From the NCBI GenBank assembly GCA_964016885.1, contig OZ024742.1:47058001-47122000 (forward strand): a stretch of 64,000 nt of DNA. Direction: 5' to 3'. Both the position numbers and the translations under genes were made by a program. The notes beneath the pieces are model-generated. The model did not search any database. It worked only from the letters and a program-made list of their open reading frames with translations, and was not told where the DNA came from. This document shows, piece after piece, positions 1 through 13,824 of the stretch. This DNA is from Eledone cirrhosa (Eukaryota). How positions within the stretch are numbered: the first letter of the stretch is position 1; every line of letters starts with the position of its first letter.

Positions 1-589
1 AATGCGTCTAATATATCTGCGTTGTGTATGTGTATGTATGTTGTGGTGGTATTTATATTTGCCTAGGGGTACACTGTTCAACTTTCCAGATCCCCTTTGA
101 AGCATGTGGTGTGTGCTGTAAAGGGGATCAAATTGATATTTGAAGTAGTTCCCGCATAAAGGTATATTTCTTGATTCTATATGAAAGGTTTTTAATGATA
201 TTAACGTTATTTAAACCTTGTTCAGCTTTACTCGAATAGATGTATGCTCAAAGTCCGTTGTCAAATCTCATTTTATATAGCTTCAAGTACCTCCTTACTT
301 TTCTTTTATTTAAAGACAGTAAAGGCTGATTTGATAGGTATGGAGCCACAATGTCTGACTGGACGTATGCCTTATTAAAGATAGTATAGTTATTGTGTAA
401 CACTAGGTAAGCTAAGATCGATGTCGACTATGGTCAAAAGCATTTCAACCCTGACCATCTCTGTTTTTTCAGACCATTCAGATCTTGATCAATGTGTCCT
501 CCCCTTTTTGTTCATGGTGAGTTATGATACTGCAATTTCTATCATTTTATCCCTAGTAGTCCTTTAATGTTTACTTTTAAGGATTATGA

Positions 590-725
590 GGAGAGCGGTG
601 GATTAGAAGAGACGTTAGAGTATCGGTAGATTACATTTGGCTATACCTACTGGCTGTCTGCGTTCTGTGTTCTATTATCGCTGAGGTAACTTTACCTTTC
701 ATTCTTCCGAGGGCGATATAATCAG
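590..725 (+). mobile_element. Old, diverged tRNA-derived SINE copy
   Basis: Diverged match to the family core seen at 21399-21592 (gaggtaactttacctttcattcttccgagggcgata). Confidence 0.5.
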
Positions 726-2029
726 CTTCTTCAGTTCTCTTAGCATGCTAGGTTGTTAGAAATATTTCATAAACATTTTTATTCTAACGAATTCGTTTGT
801 CAATTAATTATCTCTTGTTGTTTATGTTTCTGCCGGTTTGGAAAACGATATTGTGTAACTGATGTCGCTTCCTGCTAACACAGTTGGAACAGATATGCGA
901 CATCTGTTAGGCTTCAATTTTTTTATTACTCTTTCTATTAATATATGACTAGTCCATTCACTTAATTAGTGTTTTTCATAAAGATGACCTCTCTACGTAT
1001 TCAACTTTACATGTTTAAAGAGTCCTGCCTATTGTTTTATTTATTCGTTTGCATTTGTCACTGCTCTTGTTATTTGTGTTCGTCGCTTATATTAATTGCC
1101 TGTGTCACTTATGTTATTTTCATGTCGTGTTGTATGATTGATATTTGTGTTATTTATCCAGTAAGCCAGTGGATTTTAAGAAAAGTAGCACAATATTGTT
1201 ATTTTCTTGACCAATATAGATCAGACATATAATCAAAACCATTCCACAAGATAGTGTCTCATGAACTACTCATCCGTTGTATACATAATTAAAAAATCAG
1301 TGTGGTTTGAACGATAATTGGCTATTATTTCTAGCAAGTTGAGCGATCGTATAGAGAATTTGTCGTTGCTACGCGTCAGCAATAAAACATCTGTAGAAAC
1401 TGACATTTATTGTTCCGAACACTTTTGGAAGAACTCACTCAGTATTACTTCATTTTCATAAAAATGTAAAACTAATTACTTCTACTGCGATTTATTCTCG
1501 ATATTTTCTGCTACTTAATGTTACCTTTGAAGAAATCAACAAGTAGTTAAAATGCAAAATATATTAAAGCAATGATTATAACAAAAACAACTTAGGCCCC
1601 CGATTGCAAGATTTTAAGAGAGGGCCAATAACACAAAAAAGTGTGTGCTATTTAGAGCGGTCAATGATGAACCTATATAGAAAAGGAAACGGAAAAGGAA
1701 AATAAAATATTATAACATTTCCCGACAAAGCTTTCCATGCCGGTTTCTAATTTAGGCACAAAGTAAGCAAATTGTGGGGGAGAGAATGTCGATTAGATAG
1801 ATTCCAGAACCAGAATTGGAGTGGCGCATTATTTTATGGACATCTAATAAAATCTGCAAATCCTAGCAAGAATATTCTGTGTTAGGTAGATATAAATTGT
1901 ATTGCTTTTACATGTATTGCTTACTCATTTACGTGTTCCAGTCATGTTATAAAATGTGGGCTAGTTGGGGTTGCGTTTGCAGCGCTCCAATCAATAAGAT
2001 ATGGTGTAATTAGGTTCAAGTACTTAACA

Positions 2030-2031
<2 letters not shown>

Positions 2032-2113
<82 letters not shown>
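2032..2113. repeat. (TA)n microsatellite
   Basis: Pure TA tract. Confidence 0.98.
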
Positions 2114-2117
<4 letters not shown>

Positions 2118-3334
2118 ACAATTCTTCAAAGACGATGTATACGAACAATAACAATAACAAGACGAAACCTGGTTATTCATAAATAATTTGTGGCGTTAGC
2201 ATTTACGTAATGTTAGCATTATCATCACATAATCACAAACACGACGACCTCAGACAGCATCTAAGGTAATACGGTTGTTATGCAACATATTTTAATGTAA
2301 TACAAGCTATTAATAAGGAAATGGACTTGTATTTAATATGTCCCCTTATGAACGCCCATCCCCTGGGATGATATCTGAAGTAGTCGTGTTGGGGATTGGG
2401 TGAGGACATCATTAAGTTATTATTAACAACATTGAATACTTATTACAGCGATTAACGTAATAAAATATATATAAATATTGTTGTCTTTACTGGGTCTCTC
2501 TCTTTTTCTCTTTCTCTCTCCACACACACACATATATATATAGTTAGTTAGTTAGCTAATTAGTTCCACAACAAGTTAGCAAACCATACTCGAGGACGCG
2601 CGGTGAGAACGGAAGTATATATTAACTGACTGGATGATGCGCGGCACATGACGGTGGATCAACTCAACAAATCTATACATTCTTTTTAAAATCTATCTAA
2701 TTTTTTTAAATGTAGAATATATCAATCAATACATGGATCCGTAATTGCTGATTGATTTGTAGAGACGCCTTTGTTACATACGACGTGTCTTCTAAACTTT
2801 AAACTTGCAGATCTCACTCATTCTTCAGGTTTGAATGGATGGAGAAAAGAACGTATTTGCTCAATATTCAACAGGCTGAGCAAATGAAAACTAGATAACG
2901 AAAGAAGCACTTTTTGAGAAGTCTAGAATTAGAAAAAAAAATTAATTGTGAAACAAAACCAGTAGAAATCTATCAAAACGCTATAATAAAGTATAATTAA
3001 CAACTGTTAATAGAATACACAAAGAGCCCATCAATCAGTGAATCCTAGCCTCCTCGGATTATTTTTGAATAAGATATGAAGGATTCAATATATAATATTT
3101 TACATTATTTAATCAAGGATTGTATGAATTATAAAGTAAATATTTTAATTCTTAGAGCGGACATTATGAGATTTGTCATTCTGACAATACTTTCAGAAAA
3201 CGGAAGATCGAGATGTAGAGCGCAATGCTTAACATAGATCATATTTTAAATAGAAAGGATAACAATCTTTATATAGTCTTTGATAAAATGTTCAAAGACA
3301 TTACAAAAAGAATAGGAAAATAGTATCATTCATA

Positions 3335-5755
3335 GTCTTCTTTCTTTTTTCTTCGCCCACATATTCCTGAGAGGGTCGCAGAGGCAGAATCCCCAAACAC
3401 ACCTTGCAGTAGGTCCTATCAGAAGCAATCCGTTCCAACTAATCCGGTTGTATCCCCAAGCGAGACTAGTCGAGTACGTAGATGTTATCTAACCATCTTG
3501 CTCGAGGTCTCCCACTGGACCTCCTGTAGGCAAATTTCGCTCGTAAAATCTGTCAAGAGATTCTTTCCTGAGACATTTCCATAATATCGTAGCTGTGATT
3601 TCTCAATTCGGAGAAGTAGCGGCTCTACCTGATGCTGGACTCTGATCTCGGAACTACGGACCCTATCGAATTATATTGCAACAAAGCGCCTTCGGAGGAA
3701 TACCATTTCGGCCGCTTGTATTCGCGATCGTATTTTTCGGTCATTAGTCAAGTTTGATGAACATAGGTAAGGTTTAGTAGGAATACCGCACTGAAGATAG
3801 CGAGTTTGGCATTTACACCTATCTCTCTTATTCCGAATACCGAATATTGAACCTGGCGCATTACTACACTAACTCCTGGAATTCTCGCACTTAATTCAAC
3901 CTCCTGTGTTCTATAACTCGGGAACACGGCACCGAGATACTTGAACTACTCCACCGGTTTCAGTTGAACTCAAGTGTAAAGTACACTGCACAGGCTTCTT
4001 TGAGAGGATGAAGGTCCCAGTTTTCGGAGCACTAATTTTCATTTCTGCTATGCAGCACTCGGCATCAAACTTATCAATTGCAAATCGGAGATCACCTTAT
4101 GTGGATGTAAGAAATAACATGTCTGAAAATTCCAGCCGATGCATCGTTGGTATAGACCACATTGAATGGTTTCGATTTAACACCATTTATCCGAACACAA
4201 ATACCCTGGCATTCCTGTAGAGACATCAAGGCAACAAAAAGCTGACCATTGATCCCATACTCCTGCAGAACCTTCCACTGCAGGTCCTGTGGAACGCATT
4301 CATATGCCTTTTTGAGGTCTACAAACAAGAATATACCTCTTGGCAGTACTCATACCATTTCTCAAAAGCCTGTCACGGTGTAAATATTTGGTCTTCAGTG
4401 TTGCATCCAAAGCGAAAACCACACTGTTTTTAAGTTAACTTCGACTCGACAATTATCCTACATCTCCTTATAGACGTTACGAAAAGGATTACAAAAAAAA
4501 TCCCTATATAATTAAGACAATCTCTCTTGTCTCCCTTTTTAATGTTTGCATTATCACTCACGATTGCCGTTGCTTAGATGACTTTCCAGATATTTAAGAT
4601 ACTCGGTACACAGGAGTCAGCCAGAGAATAACGACTCGTTTTAAGAATTTTAACATCTTGTGTTGGATTTCATCCTCTCCTGCGACTTTGCCATATTTGA
4701 CCTCTTTAACTGCTCTTGTGACCTCAACATCTGTGAGATTAGTCACCGCTCCCAGATACCCCTCGAGTATATAAAAAGATACAGTTATGATCAGGTTTAG
4801 GAGATCCGCAACATTCTTTCTCCGCCTTAAGAGAGGAAAACTCGAGACGCATTCCTGATAGCAGGTATAGAGGAAGATTTATTACAAAATCGATGGTCTG
4901 CCAGAACACTTTATTTGCCCATCTGAAGTCGGATTCTAAATTAACCCCAAAGTCCTCCCATGGACGCCTTTACTGCTTTTGGCTGCGATTCTTTCTGCCT
5001 GATTATACCGCAAGTGCAAGAAGGGGGTCTTATTTCCAAGCCAAGCATTGTAGGTCTCCTTTAATCGGATTACATCGTTGACCTTTTGATTTAACCAAAT
5101 GTTTCTCCTGCTATCCGGCGCCCCACCAAGTCTCTTTCGTCAGTTGAAGCAGACGCTGCTGATCAAACTGCTCTCCGTTTCGATGTCCTCAATTTGTTTA
5201 GGGAGCTCTCTGAATTTTATTGCAATAGTATCTGCGTACCTGTTTCTGAATTCCTTATCTACCAACGCTTCCCACTTTATCCTGTCGGTCGACATGAACC
5301 TGCCAGTTTTGTGAGCTTCTCAGACTTTGCTGTAATCGCGAGTTGCAGATAACTACATGGTGATGAGTTGACAGTTCAGCCCCTCTCGTAACACGAACAT
5401 CGAGCACAGAATTGAAGAGATCAGATTCAATAACAAAATTAATTATTTATCTCTGTCCCTGATTCCCCTTATACCATGTATCTTTATGGATGTCTCTATG
5501 CTGGAAAAAGGTGTTCATGATAGAGAGACCTTAGCTAGAACAGAAGTCTAATAAGGTCTATCCAATAGGATATATCTAATTCTGCAATGACTTATCAAGG
5601 AAGTGTCTGTATTCGGCCTCCTTGTTTGGTGCATAAACGTACACCACCACAGAGACTTATCTTTCAGCCTAAGCTTCAAGAGGCAAATCCTCTCTCCTAA
5701 TGGTATCCAGTCTATAACACATTCTGACAGCCTAGGGTTTGCGAGTATCCCACTA
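3335..5755 (-). mobile_element. Decayed RTE-clade LINE (APE endonuclease + RT), multiple stops/frameshifts
   Basis: Minus-strand fragments: APE region GILANPRLSECVIDWIPLGERICLLKL...VYAPN (~5600-5750); RT motif FVDLKKAYECVP...INGVKSKPFNV (ORF 4092-4328); typical RTE C-terminus GRPRARWLDNI (~3480-3520); A-rich 3' end near 3340. Confidence 0.88.
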
Positions 5756-6949
5756 GTTCATCTTAGTAAATATTTCACTAACACTGAAAATTTAAAATCT
5801 GGGAGTATTTTGTTTAGCAAATATCTCGATAGGGTCTTTCATAAATAATTCTTAAATTTATATTATGACAATGGAAATAAAGAAATATTATAATCATCTT
5901 TTCACCCAACGGACAATCTGGTAATGTTTTTACTTGTAACATTCCTTATTTCTTTACTTGTTCAGTAGTAGGCATCAATAATAGTATATCTTGCCACAAT
6001 ATATATGGTCAACTAAAGTACCCAAGAGACAATTCCGTCTTTGGTCTGGGAAACAGAAGTAACGAGGGAAACTCTACGTAACCTACTAAAAGAGACAGCA
6101 GAGTACCTATCAAATTACAGCACATCATTAAAAAATAGGTACTTCTAAATATTCCCATATGTTTGTGACAACGAATAGAATTGTCATGGATGGAATTCTT
6201 TTAACATAAATCTGGTTGACCAGACTGGACATGGGACTAATATACAAAAAGAAAAACACACAAAAAAAACAAAAAAATAAACAATGAACAAATACAGAAC
6301 TCTATAACTACACATTTCTCAAATAGGCATGCTAGAATGTTCTACTAAATGTATCAGCCTGGTACATTAACGGACTCACATTTAATTGTCTGTAGCATCT
6401 CAAACGATTTCCTACATTTCTACGCCCAAACATACCTGCACTTATAACCCCAGAGGAGGTATAAGAGATACATATTTACAATTTATTCATATTGTTTACT
6501 GGAAATTATGTAACATATTTGCTTATAGTGCTGCTGTCCGTACATTCCGCATATCTATATTCTAACCAAATCTCTATCTATCTATCTGGGATGGACACAC
6601 GCCTAAATTCCTATAGAAATTCCTAACTGTGAACCTTCATTTTTATACCAACTTGTAGAGGGACTGCCAGGTCAATTTTTGTTCTGGTCAGTCTCTCAAA
6701 ATATTCTACGCCTTTAGGCGAAATAGTACATAAAAAAATTTTTTTTGAAAAATATGGCTGAAGCTTCTTCACCAACATTTGAAGGAGGAAAGGGGAAGAT
6801 ATGCTTACATCTTCCCCCTGTCACTGTCATAGTAGCAGGTGTCAAAGACAAAGGTCAGCCAGAGAATTTTCTCCACCTCTGACAACTTGATGTTGCCATG
6901 GCAACAAACCAAAACAACACAACCAGCGGCACCAGCCACATCAATAAGA

Positions 6950-9727
6950 CATGCAAAGCCTACAGTAGACGGATTAGCACTTTAGTTAAGCAGCACTTGA
7001 CGGGAGCCATTGTCAACAACAGATAGGGTACTCTCTCAAGAGGGCAGTTAGATTAAACTCGAGAGGTTTTAGTAAAGAATTAGTGTTAGATAGAAATAAG
7101 ACCGAAAAGGAACTGGTAGATAAAGTAGAAGAGGCACTTAGGAGTTGCAACGTAGCCAGCGTGCTAGTGACGAGAACGGTCTTGGACCAGTTCTTCGACG
7201 CAAAGCACGAAGGCTGCGTTGTCAGAAGCAAAAACGTGCTCTGGGAAACGAGGGAGCCAAAACTGTTAGCTGGGCCCGAGTGAAGGAGGCGAAAAGTGGC
7301 AACAAGTCCACGATTCGGTCTTTGAAGGACCAAGACGGACGCGTGATACGTGAGCCGAAGCAAATGTGCGCGGCCTTTCAGCGGCACTTTGCTCAACTGC
7401 GAAAGGCCGATTTCGGCCGGTGAGATAGGGGACGCGCTGAGCCAATGCGGCAAACATAAATCTCCAGGTCTCGACGGTCTACCCTACGAATTTAACGTAG
7501 CAATGCCGGACTTGTTCTCCGGTATCCTGGAAGCGGTCTACTGCAACTGGCAGCAAAACGGAAGAATTCCCAGTTCTGTGACCAAGGGCGTAATCACGTT
7601 AGTCAGGAAGGACGACAACAAGGGGGATGACATGGGAAACTTCCGGCCCATAACTCTGCTCAACACAGAGTTACAGATTTTGGCCAAGGTGTTGGCAAAC
7701 AGGCTGGCGCTTGTCGTCGAAAACCTGGTGGGAGAAGCGCAGAAATGCGCAATCACGACCAGGTCCATACACGACAACCTCCACCTCATGCGATACATCA
7801 TAGAGAGGGTAGGGTGTAAACCCGGCTTCGGTGGGGCCCTGATCAGCTTGGATCAGTCTAAGGCTGTCGATAGGGTTGACCATCCTTACCTGGATGCAGT
7901 GCTCGAGGCGGCAGGCTTCGGACCCGTGTTCAGGGGCTGGATTGCTGCAATGCACAGCAGCAACATCTGCTCAAGTGTCAAGGTGAACGGCTACCTCTCG
8001 GAGCCGTTCAATATCACGCGATCCATCCGACAGGGATGCCCTCTATCCTCCCTTCTGTACGTACTGACTCTCGAGCCACTACTGCGGAAGTTGGAGCTAG
8101 TGCAGGGCATCCATTTGGAACCGGGACTGCGAAAAGCGGTGACGGCCTACGCCGACGGCGTGACAATAATGGTGTCGAGCACCTCGCAAATCGGGGAGAT
8201 CGGCACCTTACTGGAGGAATACGAAAGATTCATAGGAGCGAAGCTGAACCGGGACAAATCCGTTGGTTTGCAACTCGGAACGTGGAGAGGCAAACCGATG
8301 CCTTCCGATGGCGTCGTCGGACGCTGGACGGAAGGACCGGTAAAGTTGCTCGGGGTCTGGTCGTTCCGGACCCCCAGGTGGAGAAGAACTGGAACGAGGT
8401 GACGGCCAGGTGTTTGCGCTTACCCAGAAGTGGGCCGAGTGCAAACTATCCTTGAAAGATCGAGCGGAGGTGGCGAACACTTTTATAGCGTCCGTCATCT
8501 ACTACCGCGTGACCGTCGTGTCTTGTCCAGCCAAAACGCTCACCAAAATGGAGCGCGCGCTCTCCCAATACCTTTGGAAGAAACGGGCTTTTGGTGAGAA
8601 GATCCATCTGCTGCCAACACAATTCAAACGGAGGGCTGGGGATGCCGTGGCTGGCGATGCGCTAACACGCGCTCAGGCTGCGGCACCTCCACGTATTCCT
8701 CACCGTTCGTGAGGCGAGCCTTCCCACAACTCGCCTCGCTGACCGAGCTGCAGTCCTGGGCCAAGGAAAGACCGAGGAAAATGGGCGACTGGCACATCGA
8801 ACGTGCTCAGGCGCTCACGGTCTTCTGGCAAACGGACCCGGTGATCAGTGGAGACTCCACTTCGACATTCTATAGAGGGTTCGTCCGCAGCAAGTGCGAC
8901 GACACGCTCGGAGAAACTCTAGGCGTAGAGGAGGACGAACTGGCCAGTCTGTTCGGTAGGACCTTCCGCCCGCGATCAATGGACAACTTTCAAGACTACC
9001 TGGCCTGGCAGTGCTACCGGGAAGCTCTATCAGTTCGAGACAAGCTCTACAGACACGGGCTCCCGGGTAGGGACCCTTCGAAAAAGATCTCTCCGAGATG
9101 CGTGCGCGACGAGGAAACCGTCGCGCACGAATTTGTACACTGCCCGGGCGTTACCGACCTGTGGGGCTATGTAGAACGACTATTGTCGCGGGTGGGACCA
9201 ATCCAGTTGACCACCGAGACCAAAACGCCACCCTCCTTCATAAACGAGGGAGAGGCGGTTTTCCTATGTGTTATGGCTATGGTGAAAGAGGTTATATGGT
9301 GGACGAGGTTAAAAGGGCTGAGGTCAGACACCTTTCTCTCAGGCGAGCAACTGATTCGTTTTTTCAAATATCATTTTGGAAGAAGAATGAGGATGGAGAG
9401 AGAGGTGCTGTACCCCCGCAAATTTTATAAAAGGTGGGTGAATGTGGCAAATATGGCCCGAGTGGTTGGGCCTTCTCTCTATATAAGCCTGTAGGTTGAA
9501 GAAAAAGAGGAAGAGAGGAAGGGAGTACTCACGCTTGGTGCTCCTGGAGATGAGGGTTGTACATATTTTCGGGGTGTGTACAACCCCTGTGTAACACCTC
9601 CCCCCTATTGAGGATATCAATTGTTATTTGTTATTTTATTAATAGTTTTATTTTCATATACCTGTATGTAAACTCCCCATTTGTATTTGTCCCTTTCTTT
9701 TGTGCCCTTGTGGCTAATAAAGAAATT
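6950..9727 (+). mobile_element. L1/Tx1-type non-LTR retrotransposon, ORF2 (RT + zf-RVT), 5'-incomplete and frameshifted
   Basis: KSPGLDGLPYEF, NFRPITLLNTELQILAKVLANRL, ISLDQSKAVDRVDH, SIRQGCPLSSLLY, AYADGVT (ORF 7350-8402); PRCVRDEETVAHEFVHC zinc knuckle (ORF 8709-9494); T-rich 3' UTR ending AATAAAGAAA at ~9716-9725; GC-rich against an AT-rich background. Confidence 0.93.
7350..8402 (+). pseudogene. Reverse transcriptase domain of L1/Tx1 ORF2; catalytic YADD altered to YADG
   Basis: RT motifs in order; frameshifts at both ends. Confidence 0.88.
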
Positions 9728-10027
9728 TATCTTCTAACCAAAATATATTTTCCGCATGTTTTATACAATTTTAAACCAGCTGCTCAAGTGTTATACACAA
9801 ACATTTAATATCACTTTTATGAATGAAAACTCACATTACATTTTAATATTAAAAGCAGAATTGCGAGACTAAATCAATTAGTTCAAGTGAGTTCATCTCT
9901 AGAATAGTTGGTGCAGTAAGTCAAGGAATTGTTTTAATCAAAATTAAATATTAATTGATGAGAGAAACAGACTGAAGAGACCATCCTGAAATACAAATTA
10001 ATTAACATTATATATATATATATATGG

Positions 10028-10563
<536 letters not shown>

Positions 10564-10614
10564 TTGTATTCAGCCATGTAGAACGAAATTTTCTTTTATA
10601 TATATATATATATA

Positions 10615-10816
10615 TGTGGTGGCTGCCAACTCGTTTTCGAGTACGGCTACTACTTTATATCCAGGAAGGAGAACCCCTACCGATGCGCTGAACGAGTGTG
10701 ACTTTTCAGTCCAGCCAGCGACTTGAAAACTCTGGTACAAACACTACACTTGTGACAATTATTGACACATAGTGCTGGGCCCATGGTACGATGTGATGAC
10801 AAGTGCAGAGAGATCT

Positions 10817-10820
<4 letters not shown>
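10615..10820 (-). mobile_element. 3' terminal fragment of an RTE-type LINE between (TA)n tracts
   Basis: [26 protein letters not shown]-terminal zinc finger followed by the stem-loop 3' end ctcgaaaacgagttggcagcc. Confidence 0.7.
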
Positions 10821-10887
<67 letters not shown>

Positions 10888-10913
10888 AACATATATATAT
10901 ATACATATATATA

Positions 10914-10969
<56 letters not shown>

Positions 10970-11017
10970 CATACATACATATATATATATATTTATATAT
11001 ATATATATATGTATACA

Positions 11018-11064
<47 letters not shown>
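10819..11064. repeat. Compound (TA)n microsatellite
   Basis: Direct reading. Confidence 0.97.
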
Positions 11065-11068
<4 letters not shown>

Positions 11069-11151
11069 ATAAAATAAATTTGAAGACTAAAATCCAAAGA
11101 GGGCTCGATAAGGATAAATATATATCAAATATATAAGAACCGTAAAGCAAA

Positions 11152-11324
11152 TATTTATTAAAATAACAGATTAAAGTTTAAGCAAAGAATCGCTGCTTTC
11201 ACCCTTAACGGGATCTTCTGAAACTAACAAAATCAATACAGATTGACTTTGTTAGTTTCAGAAGATCCCATTAAGGGTGAAAGCAGCTATTCTTTGCTTA
11301 AACTTTAATCTGTTATTTTAATAA

Positions 11325-11327
<3 letters not shown>
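11152..11327. repeat. Near-perfect palindrome (~86-bp arms, 4-nt loop) of a dispersed repeat family
   Basis: Arms 11152-11237 and 11242-11327; the same sequence recurs at ~42325-42408. Confidence 0.92.
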
Positions 11328-11370
<43 letters not shown>

Positions 11371-11376
<6 letters not shown>

Positions 11377-11895
11377 GTAGTGAAGCAAACGGTTATTAAA
11401 CAATTTTCCAAATAAATCAAAAAATGATTAAATAATCACCTGTTTAGACGCTGTTACCGACGGTTTCATCATTCCGAAAGATTGAAAATCCAACGAATTT
11501 CCAATGGAAAGAAATGAATCTTCAGACAGCCCTATTTCCACGCCATAAGGTATCTAGCCTAATAGCAAGTAAATATTATGCTCCCCGCCCAACGCATGCG
11601 GTCAAGCCGTTAAAATGACACACACACAAATCAGGTCGCTGATAAAAGCTGGATATTATAAACATGTCAAATTGCCACTAAAATTAGCAGCATTATTCAA
11701 CGTTTTGTTCTCTACATAAGGAGAATAATTATAGAAGTGGATGGATACTGCAACAGATACAGGGAATTCGTTGGATTTTCAATCTTTCGGAATGATGAAA
11801 CTGTCGGTAACAGCGTCTGAACAGGTGATTATTTATTCATTTTTTAATTTATTTGGAAAATTGTTTAATAACCGTTTGCTTCGCTACATTTATAT
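11371..11895. mobile_element. Fold-back element with ~130-bp inverted arms, probably derived from a PLE pseudo-LTR
   Basis: 11371-11502 is the reverse complement of 11762-11895; arm carries GAAAC-T-GTC (3' half of an HHR); starts at a (TA)n tract. Confidence 0.75.
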
Positions 11896-12446
11896 TTTTC
11901 TGGTATCTCGAATTAGTGCCATTGAACCACATGTATTATAAACAACTTGAATATTTCTACAAGTACATTGTACCTGTTGAAGTATCCATCCACTTCTATA
12001 TATATATAACAAATTATAAAGTAAGAAGAAATAGTAGACACAGATATATACCTATTTTTTTCTTCAATGTTCCGACTGTACAGTTTCGCTGGTCAGTATG
12101 CAACAATCTTATATCATAGAGATGTGACATTGTTGTGAGGTAAGCCATCTTTGCAAGGGAACACCTGAGGGAAAGAGCGCTTCCAGAAACGTCCGTAGCA
12201 AGCGATAACATCTAAAAAATGCGGAGGGAGATATTATCACGTGATACACCGGTCAAGAAAGGGGACTGAATCCCTTGTAGCAGTGAAAAATATCTCAGAA
12301 GGCGGAGGGAGATATTGTTAAGATACCGATGCTACAGAGGGGTGGTAGATTGACTGTAAGTGTTTATAGTGTTTGCTTAAAATCAGGTACTTTACTTCCG
12401 TGGTTACTCTACCGAGAGGGAGTTTGAGACAATAATGAGAGGTACG

Positions 12447-12477
<31 letters not shown>

Positions 12478-12569
12478 GTATATATAAATTTCGTATTTCT
12501 AAGGAAACACGGTTTTAGGAAGCCTTAGTTATGCAAACACGGGGCTAACGCCCTCTGGTGGTGTCCAGA

Positions 12570-12645
12570 GCAAGCAAGGGGGACAACCGTCTATGCATTT
12601 CAGGCTTGACTGGCCTTCGTCAGGACGGTCCCTCCCACCGCTTGC
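12570..12645 (-). ncRNA. Type I hammerhead ribozyme with intact core
   Basis: Minus strand reads accgtc-CUGACGA-aggc(cagtcaa)gcct-GAAA-tgca-UA-gacggt: 6-bp stem I extended by gcaagc/gcttgc, 4-bp stem II, palindromic stem III AUGCAU, AUA triplet. Confidence 0.88.
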
Positions 12646-12874
12646 GACTGCTGGACTTGAAAACAGTTGAGAATATATGTTGAAAACCCTCGAGAATATT
12701 GTTCCTATGAGGCCTCGACAACCTGAAATCTGATCTGAAACAACTAGTGACATATATAGAATATTTTTAGTGATCATTAGAAAATTACTCCCCAATACTA
12801 CATGACATTTTCTTTAAAAACCCAAATCACCGTGAGGGACATACATTTATTCTCAACTCTTATGTTACTAATCA

Positions 12875-13035
12875 AGACGGCGAACCGGTAGAGTCGTTAG
12901 AACGTCAGACAAAATGCCTTGTGTTATCAGGTCTGTCTCTTTTCGCTCTGCGTTGAAATCCCACAGAGGTCGACGTTGCCTATCATCCATTCGACTAGGA
13001 AAAAGAAGTACCAGTTCAGTAATAGGGTCGATTCT
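12875..13035 (+). mobile_element. tRNA-derived SINE, older subfamily
   Basis: A/B-box-like head and gaggtcgacgttgcctatcatcc...agtaccag core. Confidence 0.7.
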
Positions 13036-13695
13036 TCCTTTATATCTCTTACCCATTACCCTACTATCACTATCTCTTCTTTTCTGGAAGAAGTTAGCTG
13101 TTTAGATTCACAGTTACGGCACATTCATACATATGGTAGTGAGCTTCGTTTCTATGAAATTGAATTAATTAAACTGCAGCATTGAGTTTCATGCAGTCCT
13201 TATTCAGTCATAACCGAATGACTTCGGTGATATGTAGAACGAAATGATTGATACTTTTTGTTTTTAAATTCGAAATTTATCCAGAGTGGGAGGATATGGA
13301 ATGCACTTATATATAATTGTTTTATAGAAACATATATATATATAGACAGATACAGAGGGATAAAGATCGAGGGAGCGAGAGAGAAGAAGAGAGAGAAGGA
13401 GAGAGAGAAAAGGAGATAACTAGAGAGACTGAGAAACCGGTGGGGGATTTGAAAACTTAATTTCTTTTTCAAATCAGTTTTTCATAACTGCAACCTGATC
13501 CAAGAGAAAAGTTTTGAAGCGAAAAGAGGTTTCCGTCAATATTATCTGTAAATATTTGAATTTCCGTACAACTCCCTTATTGTGCAATGACAAACTTGTT
13601 GCTGACCATCACACATTTACGCTATTCCGAGTCTTATACATGCGCTCTATTCATTCTAGTTTTGTAACATCCTTATTTACCATCAAACTAATGTA

Positions 13696-13696
<1 letters not shown>

Positions 13697-13764
<68 letters not shown>

Positions 13765-13771
13765 CTCTCTC

Positions 13772-13821
<50 letters not shown>
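13697..13821. repeat. Compound (TATC)n(TC)n(TA)n(TG)n microsatellite
   Basis: Direct reading. Confidence 0.97.

Positions 13822-13824
<3 letters not shown>

Noticed and set aside
7013-8498. Minus-strand and alternative-frame ORFs over the Tx1 element
   Set aside because: Shadow ORFs of GC-rich RT sequence
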